DNA from: Candidatus Entotheonellaceae bacterium
GTDB lineage: Bacteria > Tectomicrobia > Entotheonellia > Entotheonellales > Entotheonellaceae
NCBI GenBank assembly: GCA_965238075.1
Contig: OZ250173.1
Location: 2,496,001-2,560,000, forward strand
Reading direction: 5' to 3'
DNA: 64,000 nucleotides
Shown here: piece after piece, positions 49,805 through 59,260 of the stretch
Position numbering within the stretch: the stretch's first letter is position 1
Layout: every line of letters begins with the position of its first letter
Notes under the pieces: generated by a model
The model's input: only the letters and a program-made list of their open reading frames with translations
Database searches by the model: none
What the model was told of the DNA's origin: nothing
Program-made: the position numbers and the translations under genes

Positions 49805-52145
49805 TGGACGTATCCTCCACGGTGGCCAGTTGAGAGCGGTTTCTGGTATCCACGGTCATGAGCAGGGCCGGCAGGGCCGTCAGATCGGCGATCAGGGCAA
49901 AGGCGATGGTTATGGCCGTCATTCTGCCCATGCTGCCGTTCAGGTCGAACGACGACAGCGACAGAATCGAAAATCCGATCACCAGGATGATCGAGGTGAC
50001 GATCAGCGCCCGACCCACCGAGGAGAAGGCGTAGCGCACGGCGTCCTCGGCGCTCAGACCCTGCTCGCGGCGGGCGCGCAGGTACTTGCTCAGGAAGTGC
50101 ACGGTGTCGTCGACCACGATGCCCAGGGTCATGGTGATGACGATCGACAGGCCCAGATTCACCTGCCCCACGAAAATGCCCCAGACGCCGAACGCCAGCA
50201 CCGCCGGCGCCAGGTTGGGCAGCAGGCTGATGAGGCCGATCTTGAGGCTGCGCAACGCCAGGATGAGCACGCCGGAGATGAGCACCAGGGCCAGCGTCGT
50301 GCCGCCCAGCATGCTGTCGATGTTGCGCTTCGAGACGTGCGAGAACATGATGGCGCCGCTCGCCGCGCGACCGAACATCGCCTCCGGGGCGTTGGCGCGC
50401 AGCCAGTCCTCGGCCCGCACCGCCAAGCTGCGGATTTCACGCGCCGAGACGTTACCGAGCGTGGCGGTAATGCGCGTCGCTGATTTGTCGATGTTGATCT
50501 GGTTGTTCAGGTCCAGCCCGTAGGGCAGGGACAACTCGTATAGCAGGAGGTATTGAGCGCCGAGCTGGCGGTTGTCGGGCAGGCGATACCATTCCTGATC
50601 GTCGCCGTGCATACTCTTGTTGAGGCGCTTCATCGTGTCGCTGATGGTGTTGACGTGCGCCACCTCGGGTTGTGAGCGATACCAGTTGGCGAATTCTTCG
50701 AGCTTATCCATATAAGCCGGGTCGCTGATGCCGTTGGCCGAGTCGCTGCCGACGGAATGCTCGCTCTGGTACATGCCGCCAAGGTTCTCCATGGCGAAAT
50801 CGGTGTGCGTGCGGAAGGCAATGCGTTCGTCGAAGTAGTTAACGAAGCGGTCGTTGAGCTCGTTGAGGGGGATGCATAGTGCCAGCCCCAGCAGCACCGG
50901 CACGGAGCCGTACAACAACACCCGGCGGCGCCGGACGACGGTTTCGGCAAGCCATTCGACGTTGAACTTCCCGGTGCTCGTTCGCTGCTTGACGCGCACT
51001 GGCAGCACGCTCATCACCGCGGGCAGGAACAGCACCGACAGGATGAAGGCAATGCCCACACCCGTGGCCGTCATGTTACCCAGGTGGCGAAACGGCGGTG
51101 CGTCGCTAAAGTTCATGCTGAGGAAGCCGATGGCGGTGGTCAGGCTGGTCAGAAAAACCGGTTGCATATTGATCCGCAGGCTCTCGACAATGGCCTCGCG
51201 CTTGCTCCGGCCCTGGCGCATTTCGTGCAACATGGTGACCAGCAAGTGAATGCTGTCCGCCACCGCCAGCGTCATGATCATGGTGGCGGCCTGCGCTGAG
51301 GGGGGCGTCAGGCCCGTACCCATCCAGCCCGTCAGCCCCATTGCCGAGGCGGCCGAAAAGCCGACCACGAGCAGGGTGCCAAAGGTGCTGCTTAGCGAGC
51401 GCAGCAGCCAGAACATGATCACGAACATGGCCAGGTACATGAGCGGCACCAGCGTCTGCATGTCCTTGATGCCTGCTTCGAAGAAGGCGTTGTTGAGCAT
51501 GGAGAGGCCGGTGAGGTAGACGTCGATGTCGGGATACGCGGCGCGGATTTCATCAGCCAGCCGCCGGGCGTGGGCGGCCACGTCTGGCACCTCGGTTATA
51601 CTTTTTTCGGCAAAGTGCAGCGTGACGTTGACGCCGGTAACGTGTACGGACGGCGAAATGAGGCGATTGATCAGAAGCGGCTCGTTCAGGGCAACCTCTC
51701 TGGCTTCCTGCAAGACCTCAGGCGGCTGCGTCATGGCATCGGAAACCAAATCAGCCACGAACAGGTCGTCGCCTTCGGCGCGGGTGTGCTGGAAGTTGGT
51801 GACCGAGTCGACGCGTATGGCAAAGGGGATTTGCCACGCTTTTTCCGTCAACTGCTCCACGGCCGTGAGCACCGGAGCGGTAAAAACCTCGCCACCGGCG
51901 GGTGCCAGGACGAACAGGACGTTGTCGTTTTTGCCATAAACGTTTTGCAGTTCGTCGAAGGCTTTGAGCTGCGGGTTGTCCTTGCTGAAGAAAACGCGGT
52001 AATCGGTGTCGAACCACAGGAAGCGCCCGCCACTGGCGGCGACGGCCACCAGCAGCACAACAACCAATAAAATGGGCCAGCGCCAGCGGATCACCCCCCA
52101 GCCATAGGCTTGTACCGCGCTGTCGAAGGTGCCGTTTTTCGGCAT
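49797..52145 (-). CDS. MMPL/RND family transporter
   Basis: Two halves with AVADSIH and GIVVDDTVH, TSLTTAIGF, and about 12 TMs. Confidence 0.9.
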   Translation of the reverse strand: MPKNGTFDSAVQAYGWGVIRWRWPILLVVVLLVAVAASGGRFLWFDTDYRVFFSKDNPQLKAFDELQNVYGKNDNVLFVLAPAGGEVFTAPVLTAVEQLTEKAWQIPFAIRVDSVTNFQHTRAEGDDLFVADLVSDAMTQPPEVLQEAREVALNEPLLINRLISPSVHVTGVNVTLHFAEKSITEVPDVAAHARRLADEIRAAYPDIDVYLTGLSMLNNAFFEAGIKDMQTLVPLMYLAMFVIMFWLLRSLSSTFGTLLVVGFSAASAMGLTGWMGTGLTPPSAQAATMIMTLAVADSIHLLVTMLHEMRQGRSKREAIVESLRINMQPVFLTSLTTAIGFLSMNFSDAPPFRHLGNMTATGVGIAFILSVLFLPAVMSVLPVRVKQRTSTGKFNVEWLAETVVRRRRVLLYGSVPVLLGLALCIPLNELNDRFVNYFDERIAFRTHTDFAMENLGGMYQSEHSVGSDSANGISDPAYMDKLEEFANWYRSQPEVAHVNTISDTMKRLNKSMHGDDQEWYRLPDNRQLGAQYLLLYELSLPYGLDLNNQINIDKSATRITATLGNVSAREIRSLAVRAEDWLRANAPEAMFGRAASGAIMFSHVSKRNIDSMLGGTTLALVLISGVLILALRSLKIGLISLLPNLAPAVLAFGVWGIFVGQVNLGLSIVITMTLGIVVDDTVHFLSKYLRARREQGLSAEDAVRYAFSSVGRALIVTSIILVIGFSILSLSSFDLNGSMGRMTAITIAFALIADLTALPALLMTVDTRNRSQLATVEDTSNV

Positions 52146-52386
52146 GGCGTGGGCCTCCTGTACGGTTGAAGTATTAAGAAATTAACCCGCGGTCAGTCTG
52201 GCCGCGAAAACGCAGGAACGCTGGCCAATATGCCAGAATTCGTGTGTTCTTGCATGCTGCCACAGCTCCTGCGGCTCCATCAAGACGTTACGTCTCGTTC
52301 TGAGGGACGAACTGAGCCCCGCGGGTGCAGCTCTGATGGTGTCGGTGGATGGTCAGGGTGGTGTAGGAAGCAGGAAAGTGAACGGC

Positions 52387-52488
52387 TTAACGTTGGGCCT
52401 TTCGCTTGCGGACGTCTACGATGGACCACACCAAGCCAAGGGTCGACAGGACGAAAAAGATGACGGCGATCACGTCCAAATTCGTCAT
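52387..52488 (-). CDS. 33-aa single-pass membrane peptide
   Basis: MTNLDVIAVIFFVLSTLGLVWSIVDVRKRKAQR. GGAGGTGG RBS and ATGA overlap with the upstream small gene. Below the ORF-track cutoff. Confidence 0.6.
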   Translation of the reverse strand: MTNLDVIAVIFFVLSTLGLVWSIVDVRKRKAQR

Positions 52489-52676
52489 TCACCACCTCCG
52501 GCAAGCAAATTGTGGGCGACGATGTAGCATTCGAGCGCACCAGCTATGGCAACCAGCGTCCACCCAAGGTCCATTTTGTTGGTGCCGAGTGCAACGAGGG
52601 CTGCAATTGAGACGCCCTTCGCAATATCAGCCAAGGTTTTGGCAAGAAGATCACGTTGCGCGGTATTCAATTGCAT
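52485..52676 (-). CDS. Small two-TM membrane protein (DUF6722-like)
   Basis: MQLNTAQRDLLAKTLADIAK followed by two hydrophobic segments. Confidence 0.6.
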   Translation of the reverse strand: MQLNTAQRDLLAKTLADIAKGVSIAALVALGTNKMDLGWTLVAIAGALECYIVAHNLLAGGGE

Positions 52677-52765
52677 CTCCACGTGCAGCGGTATGATTCA
52701 GTCAGAAAAGTACACCTGATATGAGGGGTCATTGTCAAGAAATACTCGGTCCCTGAGGAATCCAC

Positions 52766-53662
52766 ATGCAACGTTCACTGTACGACCTCCAAGATATGTC
52801 CATTCTGCTGGCCTATGCCCACCCGGACGATGAAGGCTTTGCGACCGGCGGCATTCTGGCGCTGCTGGCCAACCGGGGGGCGCGGCTCACCCTGGTCTGC
52901 GCCACCAACGGCGACGTGGGCGAGATCAGCGATCCTGCCCTCGCCACCCCGGATACGCTCGGCCAGGTGCGCCAAGCGGAATTGCGACAGGCGATGGCCG
53001 TGACCGGCGTGCGGGACCTGCGTTTTCTCGGCTACCGCGATTCCGGCATGGCCGGAACGGACGACAACCAACACGCCAACGCGCTCATGCAAGCACCGCC
53101 CGACGAGGTGATCGGCCGGCTGGTGGACGTGATGCGCGAGACCCGTCCGCACGTCGTCATCACCCACGACCCGACGGGCGGCTATGGCCATCCGGACCAC
53201 GTCACCATGTGCCGGCACGTCACCGCGGCGTTTCGGTTGGCTGCCGACGTGGATGCCTACCCGGAGCAACTTGACCAGGGCCGCCAGCCGTGGCAGCCGG
53301 AGTTGCTTTACTACGTCTGCTTTCCGCGCAGTTTCTTCCGCCGCATGTGGCAATACCTGCGCGAGGCGGGCATCCGCCCGCCGTTCGCCAGCGAGGAAGT
53401 CGAAGCCCTCGGCACTCCGGACGACGAGGTGACGACGGTCGTTGACGTCGAGCCCTGGCTGGCCACCAAAATTGCCTCGCTGAACTGCCATCGCACGCAG
53501 ATCGATCCCCAGGGGCCCTTCCATAAATTGCCCACCCACAGGCTGCATGATATGATGCGCAACGAGTATTTCACGCTGGCTCTGCCGAATGACGCAGGGG
53601 CTGACGCTGACCTGCTGGGCAGGCTGGCGCCTGCCGCAGCCCGCCAACCGGGGCTGTCTTGA
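52766..53662 (+). CDS. PIG-L family deacetylase (MshB/Mca/BshB-like)
   Basis: AHPDDE, YRDSGM, GGYGHPDH and H.TQ motifs. Confidence 0.9.
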   Translation: MQRSLYDLQDMSILLAYAHPDDEGFATGGILALLANRGARLTLVCATNGDVGEISDPALATPDTLGQVRQAELRQAMAVTGVRDLRFLGYRDSGMAGTDDNQHANALMQAPPDEVIGRLVDVMRETRPHVVITHDPTGGYGHPDHVTMCRHVTAAFRLAADVDAYPEQLDQGRQPWQPELLYYVCFPRSFFRRMWQYLREAGIRPPFASEEVEALGTPDDEVTTVVDVEPWLATKIASLNCHRTQIDPQGPFHKLPTHRLHDMMRNEYFTLALPNDAGADADLLGRLAPAAARQPGLS

Positions 53663-53748
53663 CGCCGTTCGCATCTGCTGGTTTACTTCTGCGATACGTT
53701 CTTCCCTTCTGATCGACGAATTCAGCGAAAATCCTGGAGCGCGGTACC

Positions 53749-54552
53749 ATGGCACAAGCCGAATTGACCCTGAAGCAACACGGGTTCGGGCAAACGAGAC
53801 GCCGGGACCTGTGGTGGCTACGGCCGCTGGCGGTCTTTGCAGGACTGTCTATCTTTGTCATCTATACGACTTGGGCGGCCTTTCAAGGCGAGTATTACGC
53901 CTTCGGGCCGTATCTGTCGCCGCTGTATTCGCCGGAGCTTTTCGGCGAGTCCTCGCATAGCTGGTTCGGCGCCAAGCCGTCCTGGTGGCCCTCGGTGCTG
54001 CCGTGGTCGCCCGCTTTTCTGATCCTGTGGGCGCCCGGCGGCTTTCGCCTCACCTGCTATTACTATCGCGGCGCCTATTACAAGGCGTTCTGGGCCGACC
54101 CGCCCTCCTGCGCCGTGGCCGAGCCCCGCCACCGCTACCTGGGTGAGAATTCCTTCCCGCTGATTCTGCAAAACATCCACCGCTACTTCCTCTATCTGGC
54201 GCTGCTTTTCATCGTCTTCCTTACCTACGACGTGTGGAACGCCCTGTGGTTCACCGACGCGGCGACGGGAGCCGCGTCCTTCGGTATCGGCGTCGGCACC
54301 CTGGTGCTGGCGGCCAACGTGGTGTTTCTGGGCGGCTACACGCTGGGCTGTCATTCGCTGCGCCACCTGGTCGGCGGTGTTCTGGATCGCCTGTCGGCGT
54401 CCCCGGCGCGGCTGAAGGCATACAACTGCGTCGGCTGCCTGAATCGCAGGCACATGCTGTGGGCCTGGATGAGCCTGTGTTGGGTGGGGTTTTCGGACGT
54501 TTACGTTCGCCTGTGTGCCATGGGGATATGGACTGACTTAAGGATTTTGTAA
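53749..54552 (+). CDS. Succinate dehydrogenase membrane anchor, mycobacterial Sdh1 (Rv0249c)-type
   Basis: FRLTCYYYRGAYY, PPSCAV.EP, QNIHRY, GCHSLRH and H..WAW motifs. Directly precedes sdhA. Confidence 0.85.
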   Translation: MAQAELTLKQHGFGQTRRRDLWWLRPLAVFAGLSIFVIYTTWAAFQGEYYAFGPYLSPLYSPELFGESSHSWFGAKPSWWPSVLPWSPAFLILWAPGGFRLTCYYYRGAYYKAFWADPPSCAVAEPRHRYLGENSFPLILQNIHRYFLYLALLFIVFLTYDVWNALWFTDAATGAASFGIGVGTLVLAANVVFLGGYTLGCHSLRHLVGGVLDRLSASPARLKAYNCVGCLNRRHMLWAWMSLCWVGFSDVYVRLCAMGIWTDLRIL

Positions 54553-56378
54553 TGCTCAACTACGAGACGCATGAGTACGACGTGTTGGTCATCGGCGCTG
54601 GCGGTGCCGGCTTGCGGGTGGCTATCGAGGCTGCGGCCACCCGGCTGTCGGTCGGTCTGGTTTGCAAGTCGCTGCTCGGCAAGGCCCACACGGTGATGGC
54701 CGAGGGCGGCATCGCGGCGGCCCTGGCGAACGTGGACCAGCGGGACGATTGGAAGGTGCATTTCACCGACACCATGCGCGGCGGCCAGTATGTGAACAAC
54801 TGGCGCATGGCCGAGTTGCACGCCAAGGAAGCGCCGGAGTGCGTGCGCGAGTTGGAGGCGTGGGGTGCGCTGTTCGACCGCACGCAGGACGGGCGCATCC
54901 TGCAGCGCAACTTCGGCGGGCACAAATACCCCCGGCTGGCGCACGTGGGCGACCGCACCGGGCTGGAAATGATCCGCACCCTGCAGGACCACGGCATTCA
55001 CCAGGGCATCGAGGTGCACATGGAGTGCACGGTCGTCACGCTGCTGCAGGACGCCGGGCGGGTGGTCGGCGCCTTTGGCTACGACCGCGAACGCGGGCGT
55101 TTCCGGGTGTTCCGCGCCAAGGCGGTCGTCCTGGCCACCGGCGGCGTGGGCCGCGCCTACAAGATCACCAGCAACAGTTGGGAATACACCGGCGACGGGC
55201 ATTCCCTGGCCTACCACGCCGGGGCGGACCTTATGGACATGGAGTTCGTGCAGTTTCATCCCACCGGCATGGTGTGGCCGCCCAGCGTGCGCGGTATCCT
55301 GGTCACCGAGGGCGTGCGCGGCGAGGGCGGCGTGCTGCGCAACCGGGAAGGCCGGCGGTTCATGTTCGATGACATTCCGGAACTGTACCGCAATCAGACA
55401 TCGGACAACGAGGAAGAGGGCTGGCGCTATACCCAAGGCGACCCCGAGGCCCGCCGGCCGCCGGAGTTGCTGACGCGCGATCACGTGGCGCGTTGTATCG
55501 TGCGGGAGGTCAAGGAGGGGCGCGGCAGCCCGCACGACGGCGTATTCCTCGACATTGCCTGGATCAAAGACCGGCTGCCGACCGCCGAGGATCACATCCG
55601 GCGCAAGCTGCCGAGCATGTATCACCAGTTCAAGCAACTCGCCGGCATCGACATCACCAAGGAGGCGATGGAGGTGGGGCCGACGACGCACTACGTCATG
55701 GGCGGCATTCGGGTGGAGGCGGACACGCAGATGTCGAACGTTCCCGGCCTGTTCGCTGCCGGGGAGTGCGCTGCCGGGCTGCACGGCGCCAATCGACTGG
55801 GCGGCAACTCGCTGTCCGATCTGCTCGTTTTCGGCAAGCGAGCCGGCAAGTACGCGGCTGAGTTTGCCGCGGAACACGGCGCCGGCACTATCGACGAGGC
55901 ACAGATTGAATCGACCGCCACCTGGGCTTTGCGCTATTTCGAGTCGAACGGCAGCTCCCCGACCGAGGCGGAGAATCCCTATCGCGTGCAGGCGGATCTG
56001 CAGGACATGATGCAGGATTTGGTTGGCATCGTGCGCACCGAAAGCGATCTGCGGAAGGGCGTCGAGGCGCTGCAGGGTTTGGCCGAGCGCGCCCAGCGGG
56101 TCAGCGTGCCGGGCAACCGCGAATACAATGCCGGCTGGCATACGGCGCTGGATTTGCGCCACTTGCTGACCGTGTCGGAGGCGATTGCTCTGGCGGCGCT
56201 GGAGCGCAAGGAAAGCCGTGGGGCGCATTTCCGGGAGGATTATCCCGACAAAGACGAAAACGAGGCGCGTGAAAACATCATTGTTCGCAAGGGTCCCAAC
56301 GGCGAGATGCAGGTGACGCGGGAAGCCCTGCCCGCGACCCGTTCCGACCTGCAAACCATCATCGAGGAGATGCAGTGA
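54552..56378 (+). CDS. sdhA: Succinate dehydrogenase/fumarate reductase flavoprotein
   Basis: GAGGAG, AHTVMAEGG (covalent FAD His), QFHPTG, HYVMGG, HGANRLGGNSL and ESRGAH motifs. Confidence 0.95.
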   Translation: MLNYETHEYDVLVIGAGGAGLRVAIEAAATRLSVGLVCKSLLGKAHTVMAEGGIAAALANVDQRDDWKVHFTDTMRGGQYVNNWRMAELHAKEAPECVRELEAWGALFDRTQDGRILQRNFGGHKYPRLAHVGDRTGLEMIRTLQDHGIHQGIEVHMECTVVTLLQDAGRVVGAFGYDRERGRFRVFRAKAVVLATGGVGRAYKITSNSWEYTGDGHSLAYHAGADLMDMEFVQFHPTGMVWPPSVRGILVTEGVRGEGGVLRNREGRRFMFDDIPELYRNQTSDNEEEGWRYTQGDPEARRPPELLTRDHVARCIVREVKEGRGSPHDGVFLDIAWIKDRLPTAEDHIRRKLPSMYHQFKQLAGIDITKEAMEVGPTTHYVMGGIRVEADTQMSNVPGLFAAGECAAGLHGANRLGGNSLSDLLVFGKRAGKYAAEFAAEHGAGTIDEAQIESTATWALRYFESNGSSPTEAENPYRVQADLQDMMQDLVGIVRTESDLRKGVEALQGLAERAQRVSVPGNREYNAGWHTALDLRHLLTVSEAIALAALERKESRGAHFREDYPDKDENEARENIIVRKGPNGEMQVTREALPATRSDLQTIIEEMQ

Positions 56379-57124
56379 TGGTCATGGCAACGTTCAAGCT
56401 GTGGCGCGGCAACCGCGATGCGGGCCGCTTCGAGGACTATCAAACCGACATCACCGAGGGGATGGTCGTGCTCGATGCGGTGCACCAGATCCAGGCCGAT
56501 CAGGCCCAGGATCTCGCCGTGCGCTGGAATTGCAAGGCGGGCAAGTGCGGCTCGTGTTCCGCCGAGGTGAATGGCAGCCCGAAACTCATGTGCATGACCC
56601 GCTGCAGCGACATCCCGCTGGATCAGCCGGTGACCATCGAGCCGATGAAGGCGTTTCCGCTGATCAAAGACCTCGTTACCGACGTGTCGTGGAATTTTCA
56701 GGTCAAGAAGCGCATCAAACCCTTCAAGCCCCGGCAACCCGATGCGGACGACGGCACGTGGCGCATGGCGCAGGCCGACATCGACCGTGTGCAGGAGTTC
56801 CGCAAGTGTATCGAGTGCTTCCTGTGCCAGGACGTCTGCCACGTGCTGCGTGAGCACCAGATGCACGATGCCTTCATCGGCCCGCGGTTCTTCGTTTACG
56901 AGGCCTCCCTGGAAATGCACCCGCTGGACGTCGAAAACCGTCTCGGCGACCTCAAGGACACCGGCGGCATCGGCTACTGCAACATCACCAAATGCTGCAC
57001 CAAGGTCTGCCCCGAAGACATCACCATCACCGACAACGCCATCATTCCCCTCAAGGAGCGCGTGGTCGATGAGTTCTATGACCCGGTGCAGAAACTCTTC
57101 CGCGTTTTCAAACCGAAGCGTTGA
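56378..57124 (+). CDS. sdhB: Succinate dehydrogenase iron-sulfur subunit
   Basis: CKAGKCGSC...C, CIECFLCQDVC and CNITKCCTKVCP motifs. Confidence 0.95.
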   Translation: MVMATFKLWRGNRDAGRFEDYQTDITEGMVVLDAVHQIQADQAQDLAVRWNCKAGKCGSCSAEVNGSPKLMCMTRCSDIPLDQPVTIEPMKAFPLIKDLVTDVSWNFQVKKRIKPFKPRQPDADDGTWRMAQADIDRVQEFRKCIECFLCQDVCHVLREHQMHDAFIGPRFFVYEASLEMHPLDVENRLGDLKDTGGIGYCNITKCCTKVCPEDITITDNAIIPLKERVVDEFYDPVQKLFRVFKPKR

Positions 57125-57196
57125 CCCACCCCGACCTTCGATAGACCTGCCAGACCGGGGGGCGTTCGTTCGTCCGCCTTTACAACATTGAAAGCT

Positions 57197-57285
57197 GTAG
57201 GTCGGATTAGCCGCAGGCGTAATCCGACAGCAGAAGCTGTGCGGCGCAGTGGAATGTCGGATTATGCTTTGCTAATCCGACCTAC
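57197..57285. repeat. GTAG-type REP doublet (inverted pair)
   Basis: GTAGGTCGGATTAGCCGCAGGCGTAATCCGAC ... GTCGGATTATGCTTTGCTAATCCGACCTAC. Confidence 0.8.
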
Positions 57286-57380
57286 GTAGAACTGACGATC
57301 TTCTCAATGATTCAATATCGAAAGTATCGAACTGGAACGTCCGATTCGGGCGGGAAAAGTGGGTGGGGCCAAACAGGCAC

Positions 57381-57413
57381 AAAAAAAGGGACCTCGGAAA
57401 ACCGAGGTCCCTT
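57381..57413 (-). terminator. Intrinsic terminator downstream of pqqA
   Basis: Minus strand reads AAGGGACCTCGG-TTTT-CCGAGGTCCC followed by a T7 run. Confidence 0.9.
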
Positions 57414-57430
57414 ACGCATCAACAATCGTT

Positions 57431-57505
57431 TTAGCGATTGAGGATGTACATCGTGAGCTCAAAACCGAAACGCTTGTCCTGATAAGCAGGCTTGGTCCAC
57501 TTCAT
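57431..57505 (-). CDS. pqqA: Pyrroloquinoline quinone precursor peptide
   Basis: Manual translation MKWTKPAYQDKRFGFELTMYILNR (W.KP...D.R.GFE.TMY, E-x3-Y). AAGGAG RBS. Not in the ORF track. Confidence 0.95.
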   Translation of the reverse strand: MKWTKPAYQDKRFGFELTMYILNR

Positions 57506-57590
57506 TGATTCTCTCCTTCAGGGAGTCACTTCCCGTGGTTGTCATCCCCCGTTCAGCGAGGGAACTTGTCAACATCGTCATCATTATCTA

Positions 57591-57606
57591 TGCAAGCTGT
57601 GTGCCA
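57591..57606 (-). promoter_or_regulatory. Sigma54 (-24/-12) promoter of pqqA
   Basis: TGGCAC-ACAGC-TTGCA on the minus strand with correct GG-N10-GC spacing, 85 nt upstream of the pqqA start. Confidence 0.85.
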
Positions 57607-57771
57607 GAATTTCTTCAACCTTCTATCACCCCAGAAATAAGGCAGTTGCGGCCACAGGCCGTTTCCTGTCCGTCCGGCAAGCCCCTGCGACAGACTGTAG
57701 TATGGTACGCCCTGATTCTCCATAACCCACCTGTATACAAGCACTTATATTTCTGATACGTCGGTTGCGCC

Positions 57772-57800
57772 TGCAAAAAATGTCGCACCCCTTTTTGCGA
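57772..57800. promoter_or_regulatory. Candidate upstream activating sequence for the NtrC-type regulator
   Basis: Inverted repeat TCGCA-N8-TGCGA overlapping TGCAAAAAATGTCGCA, about 165-195 bp upstream of the -24 element. Confidence 0.4.
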
Positions 57801-57804
57801 TGGC

Positions 57805-59241
57805 TCAGGGCTCAACAGGATCGGGCGATTTTTGCCGCGTCAGACGTTTGTTCAACGCCTGACGGGTCAGGCCGAGCATGCCGGCGGCGATGCCCTGATT
57901 GCCGTCGGCGCGTTGCAGGGCCTCGGCGATCAGCGCCTGCTCGGCTTCTTTCAGGGTCGGCAGACAGTCGGGGAAGAGGGACGACAGGTTTTCCAGAGCG
58001 GCGCTCGCTTGCGGGCCGTCGTCGGGGCCGTTGCGCCGGTCGAAGGCGATGGACCTGAAGGTTTTGAGCGACAGGACGCCGCCTTGGTGCTGGGCGACGG
58101 CGTCGAAGATCATCGCTTCCAGCTCGCGCACGTTGCCGGGGAACGCATACGTTTTCAGCAGGCGAAATAGCTCCATCGGCGGTGTCGGCGTGGGCTTGCT
58201 CAACTCCTGGGCGGCATTTTCCAGAAAATGGTTGATCAGCAGCGGCAGGTCTTCCTGACGCTCGCGCAGCGGCGGGACGTGTAGGTGGTGGGCCCGCAGG
58301 CGGTAATAGAGGTCCTTGCGAAACGCCCCGGCGTTGACCCGCTCCACGATGTCCACGTTGGTCGCCACGATAACCCGCGCGCTGCTCTGCCGTGGATTAT
58401 CGGCGCCGAGCGGGTAATACGTCCCCTCCTGCAGCAGGCGCAGCAATTTGACCTGCGACGGGATGGCCAGGTCGCCGATTTCGTCCAGGAACAAGGTGCC
58501 GTCGGCCGCCTGCGTGATCAGCCCGCTGCGCGCCTGGTCGGCGCCGGTAAAGGCGCCCCTGGTGTGGCCGAACAGGGTGTCGGAGAACATCGTGTCATCC
58601 AGCCCGGCGACGTTGACGGCGACCAGTTCCCCCTGCCCGCGCGACACCGTATGCACCGAGTGCGCCAGCAGTTCCTTGCCGGTGCCCGTCTCGCCGGTGA
58701 TCAACACCGGCTGGCGCGACGCGGCAATGGCCTCGACGTAGCGGAAAATGGCATGCATCGCCTTGCTCTGCGTCACGATGGCGGTAAAGGCGTCGCGCTG
58801 GTCGAGCCTTTCGGTCAGCAGGTGTTCCTTCAGCGACAACACCTCCTCGCGCAGGTTGCGGATTTCCAGCGCCCGCGTCACCGATGACACGAAGCGGTTC
58901 TTCTCCACCGGCTTGACAAGGTAGTCGATGGCGCCGCCCTGCATGCACTGCACGGCGGTGTCCAGGTCGTTGGTGGCGGTCATCAGAATCACCGGCACGT
59001 CGGGATAGCCGGCGGCGATCTGCCCGAGCAGCTCTTGGCCGGTGACGTGCGGCATGGCGAGGTCGAGCACGACGACGCCCACGTCCTGCTCGCTCAGCAG
59101 CGGCATGACCTCGCGGCTGTCGTCGAGGGTGACGACGTGCTTGACGCCCGAGGAGCGCAGCAACACGCTGGCGCTGCGCAAAAGCTGCGGCTCGTCGTCC
59201 ACCAGCAGAATGGGGAGCGGCGATGAAGCGGTAGACGCCAT
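57805..59241 (-). CDS. Sigma54-dependent NtrC-family response regulator (REC-AAA+-Fis HTH)
   Basis: LVDDE and VVLD receiver motifs, GETGTGKE, GAFTGA, LFLDEIGD, FRKDLYYRL, PGNVREL and C-terminal HTH. Confidence 0.95.
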   Translation of the reverse strand: MASTASSPLPILLVDDEPQLLRSASVLLRSSGVKHVVTLDDSREVMPLLSEQDVGVVVLDLAMPHVTGQELLGQIAAGYPDVPVILMTATNDLDTAVQCMQGGAIDYLVKPVEKNRFVSSVTRALEIRNLREEVLSLKEHLLTERLDQRDAFTAIVTQSKAMHAIFRYVEAIAASRQPVLITGETGTGKELLAHSVHTVSRGQGELVAVNVAGLDDTMFSDTLFGHTRGAFTGADQARSGLITQAADGTLFLDEIGDLAIPSQVKLLRLLQEGTYYPLGADNPRQSSARVIVATNVDIVERVNAGAFRKDLYYRLRAHHLHVPPLRERQEDLPLLINHFLENAAQELSKPTPTPPMELFRLLKTYAFPGNVRELEAMIFDAVAQHQGGVLSLKTFRSIAFDRRNGPDDGPQASAALENLSSLFPDCLPTLKEAEQALIAEALQRADGNQGIAAGMLGLTRQALNKRLTRQKSPDPVEP

Positions 59242-59260
59242 GTTTGGTGTGCTCCTTGTG

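Noticed and set aside
54501-56354. 617-aa minus-strand ORF
   Set aside because: Antisense shadow of sdhA.
57492-57815. Short ORFs in the pqqA upstream region
   Set aside because: They overlap the sigma54 promoter and enhancer region and lack RBS and coding features.
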